This document shows, piece by piece, positions 63,389-64,000 of a stretch of DNA of 64,000 bases. The notes beneath the pieces were generated by a model. The model was not told the DNA's origin, did no database searches, and saw nothing but the letters and a program-made list of their open reading frames with translations. The stretch spans positions 6,572,001 through 6,636,000 of the forward strand of contig CM059432.1 in the NCBI GenBank assembly GCA_030390025.1, read 5' to 3'. Made by a program: the position numbers and the translations under genes. Position 1 is the stretch's first letter, and each line of letters begins with the position of its first letter. This DNA comes from Squalus acanthias. Lineage: Eukaryota.

Positions 63389-63934
63389 TAGTCTCAAATG
63401 ATGCGATTAAAATCTTCTATCTGTGCTGCCTGCAATGGGTCCTCAGTGAAAGAGTTTTAAAAGTCTTCGCCCAGTTGCCAGTGACTGTGAGCTCACAGTA
63501 CAAAGCTATCTCCTACTTTTGCACTCAATTTGCAGTGCCTCTGTGTGAGATTGCAAGGGTGGCTGGTTTCATAAGCGGAAACAGTTTTGATTGTCCAACT
63601 GAGCATGCTGTTTTGAAGTTAAGGCACCTTGAAGAAATTAGATGGAGGTTCAACCTCTGTCCTTCAAATAACAGCTTTGCTTTTCCTTTGAGATTAGCTT
63701 CTCTAATAGGAAGTTTAAGTTGATTCTTTATCGTCGAGACCAACTGCCTGCTTTTCACACAGACATCAGCTTTTCCAGGCTCCGTTTGCGCTGTTCGTGG
63801 CAGATGTGGAAAATAACTGATTTGGACGTGCAGTGGATTATGGGGTGACTTTTAGCTAGCTTGAAAGTAGCTGTTTTCAGTTCAGGTGCACTGCGTGTAT
63901 GGCGCCTGGAAGTGGGTGGTAAAGAAAGCAAAAA

Positions 63935-64000
63935 AGGAACTTGGGTTTATACAGCATCTTTCACGGCTGCAGGACGTCCCAAAGTGCTTCACAGCCAGTG
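63935..64000 (-). mobile_element. Deu-SINE 3' tail
   Basis: ggacgtcccaaagtgcttcacagcc is the reverse complement of the SINE tail. Confidence 0.7.

Noticed and set aside
60378..64000. Next VPS13B exon (recalled as ...KLIPLLQGPSDTKDLH...) and the previous exon upstream
   Set aside because: No matching peptide seen in the ORF track or by eye; they are presumably outside the window.

Overview
Eukaryotic genomic DNA, very likely from a cartilaginous fish (shark). This is inferred from the repeat content: CR1 LINEs, L2, Deu-domain tRNA SINEs, Penelope-like elements and Harbinger MITEs. The only host coding sequence I recognise is one 135-nt exon of VPS13B (COH1) on the + strand at 60243-60377, which I recall as human exon 18. 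The preceding ~60 kb is therefore most likely one giant intron. Nearly all other ORFs in the track are decayed transposon fragments or spurious. Points of most interest: (1) eight minimal hammerhead-ribozyme motifs in Penelope-type termini, including TSD-flanked 150-180 bp fold-back mini-elements whose junctions fall at the ribozyme core; (2) a tRNA-headed SINE that looks like a 5'+3' deletion derivative of a LINE present in the same window; (3) Harbinger components (transposase fragment, spliced Myb/SANT pseudogene, several MITE families); (4) a DIRS tyrosine-recombinase fossil; (5) two candidate poison or micro-exons of VPS13B. All family and gene assignments come from motif recognition by eye; no database searches were run. 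Boundaries without a TSD or TIR are approximate.
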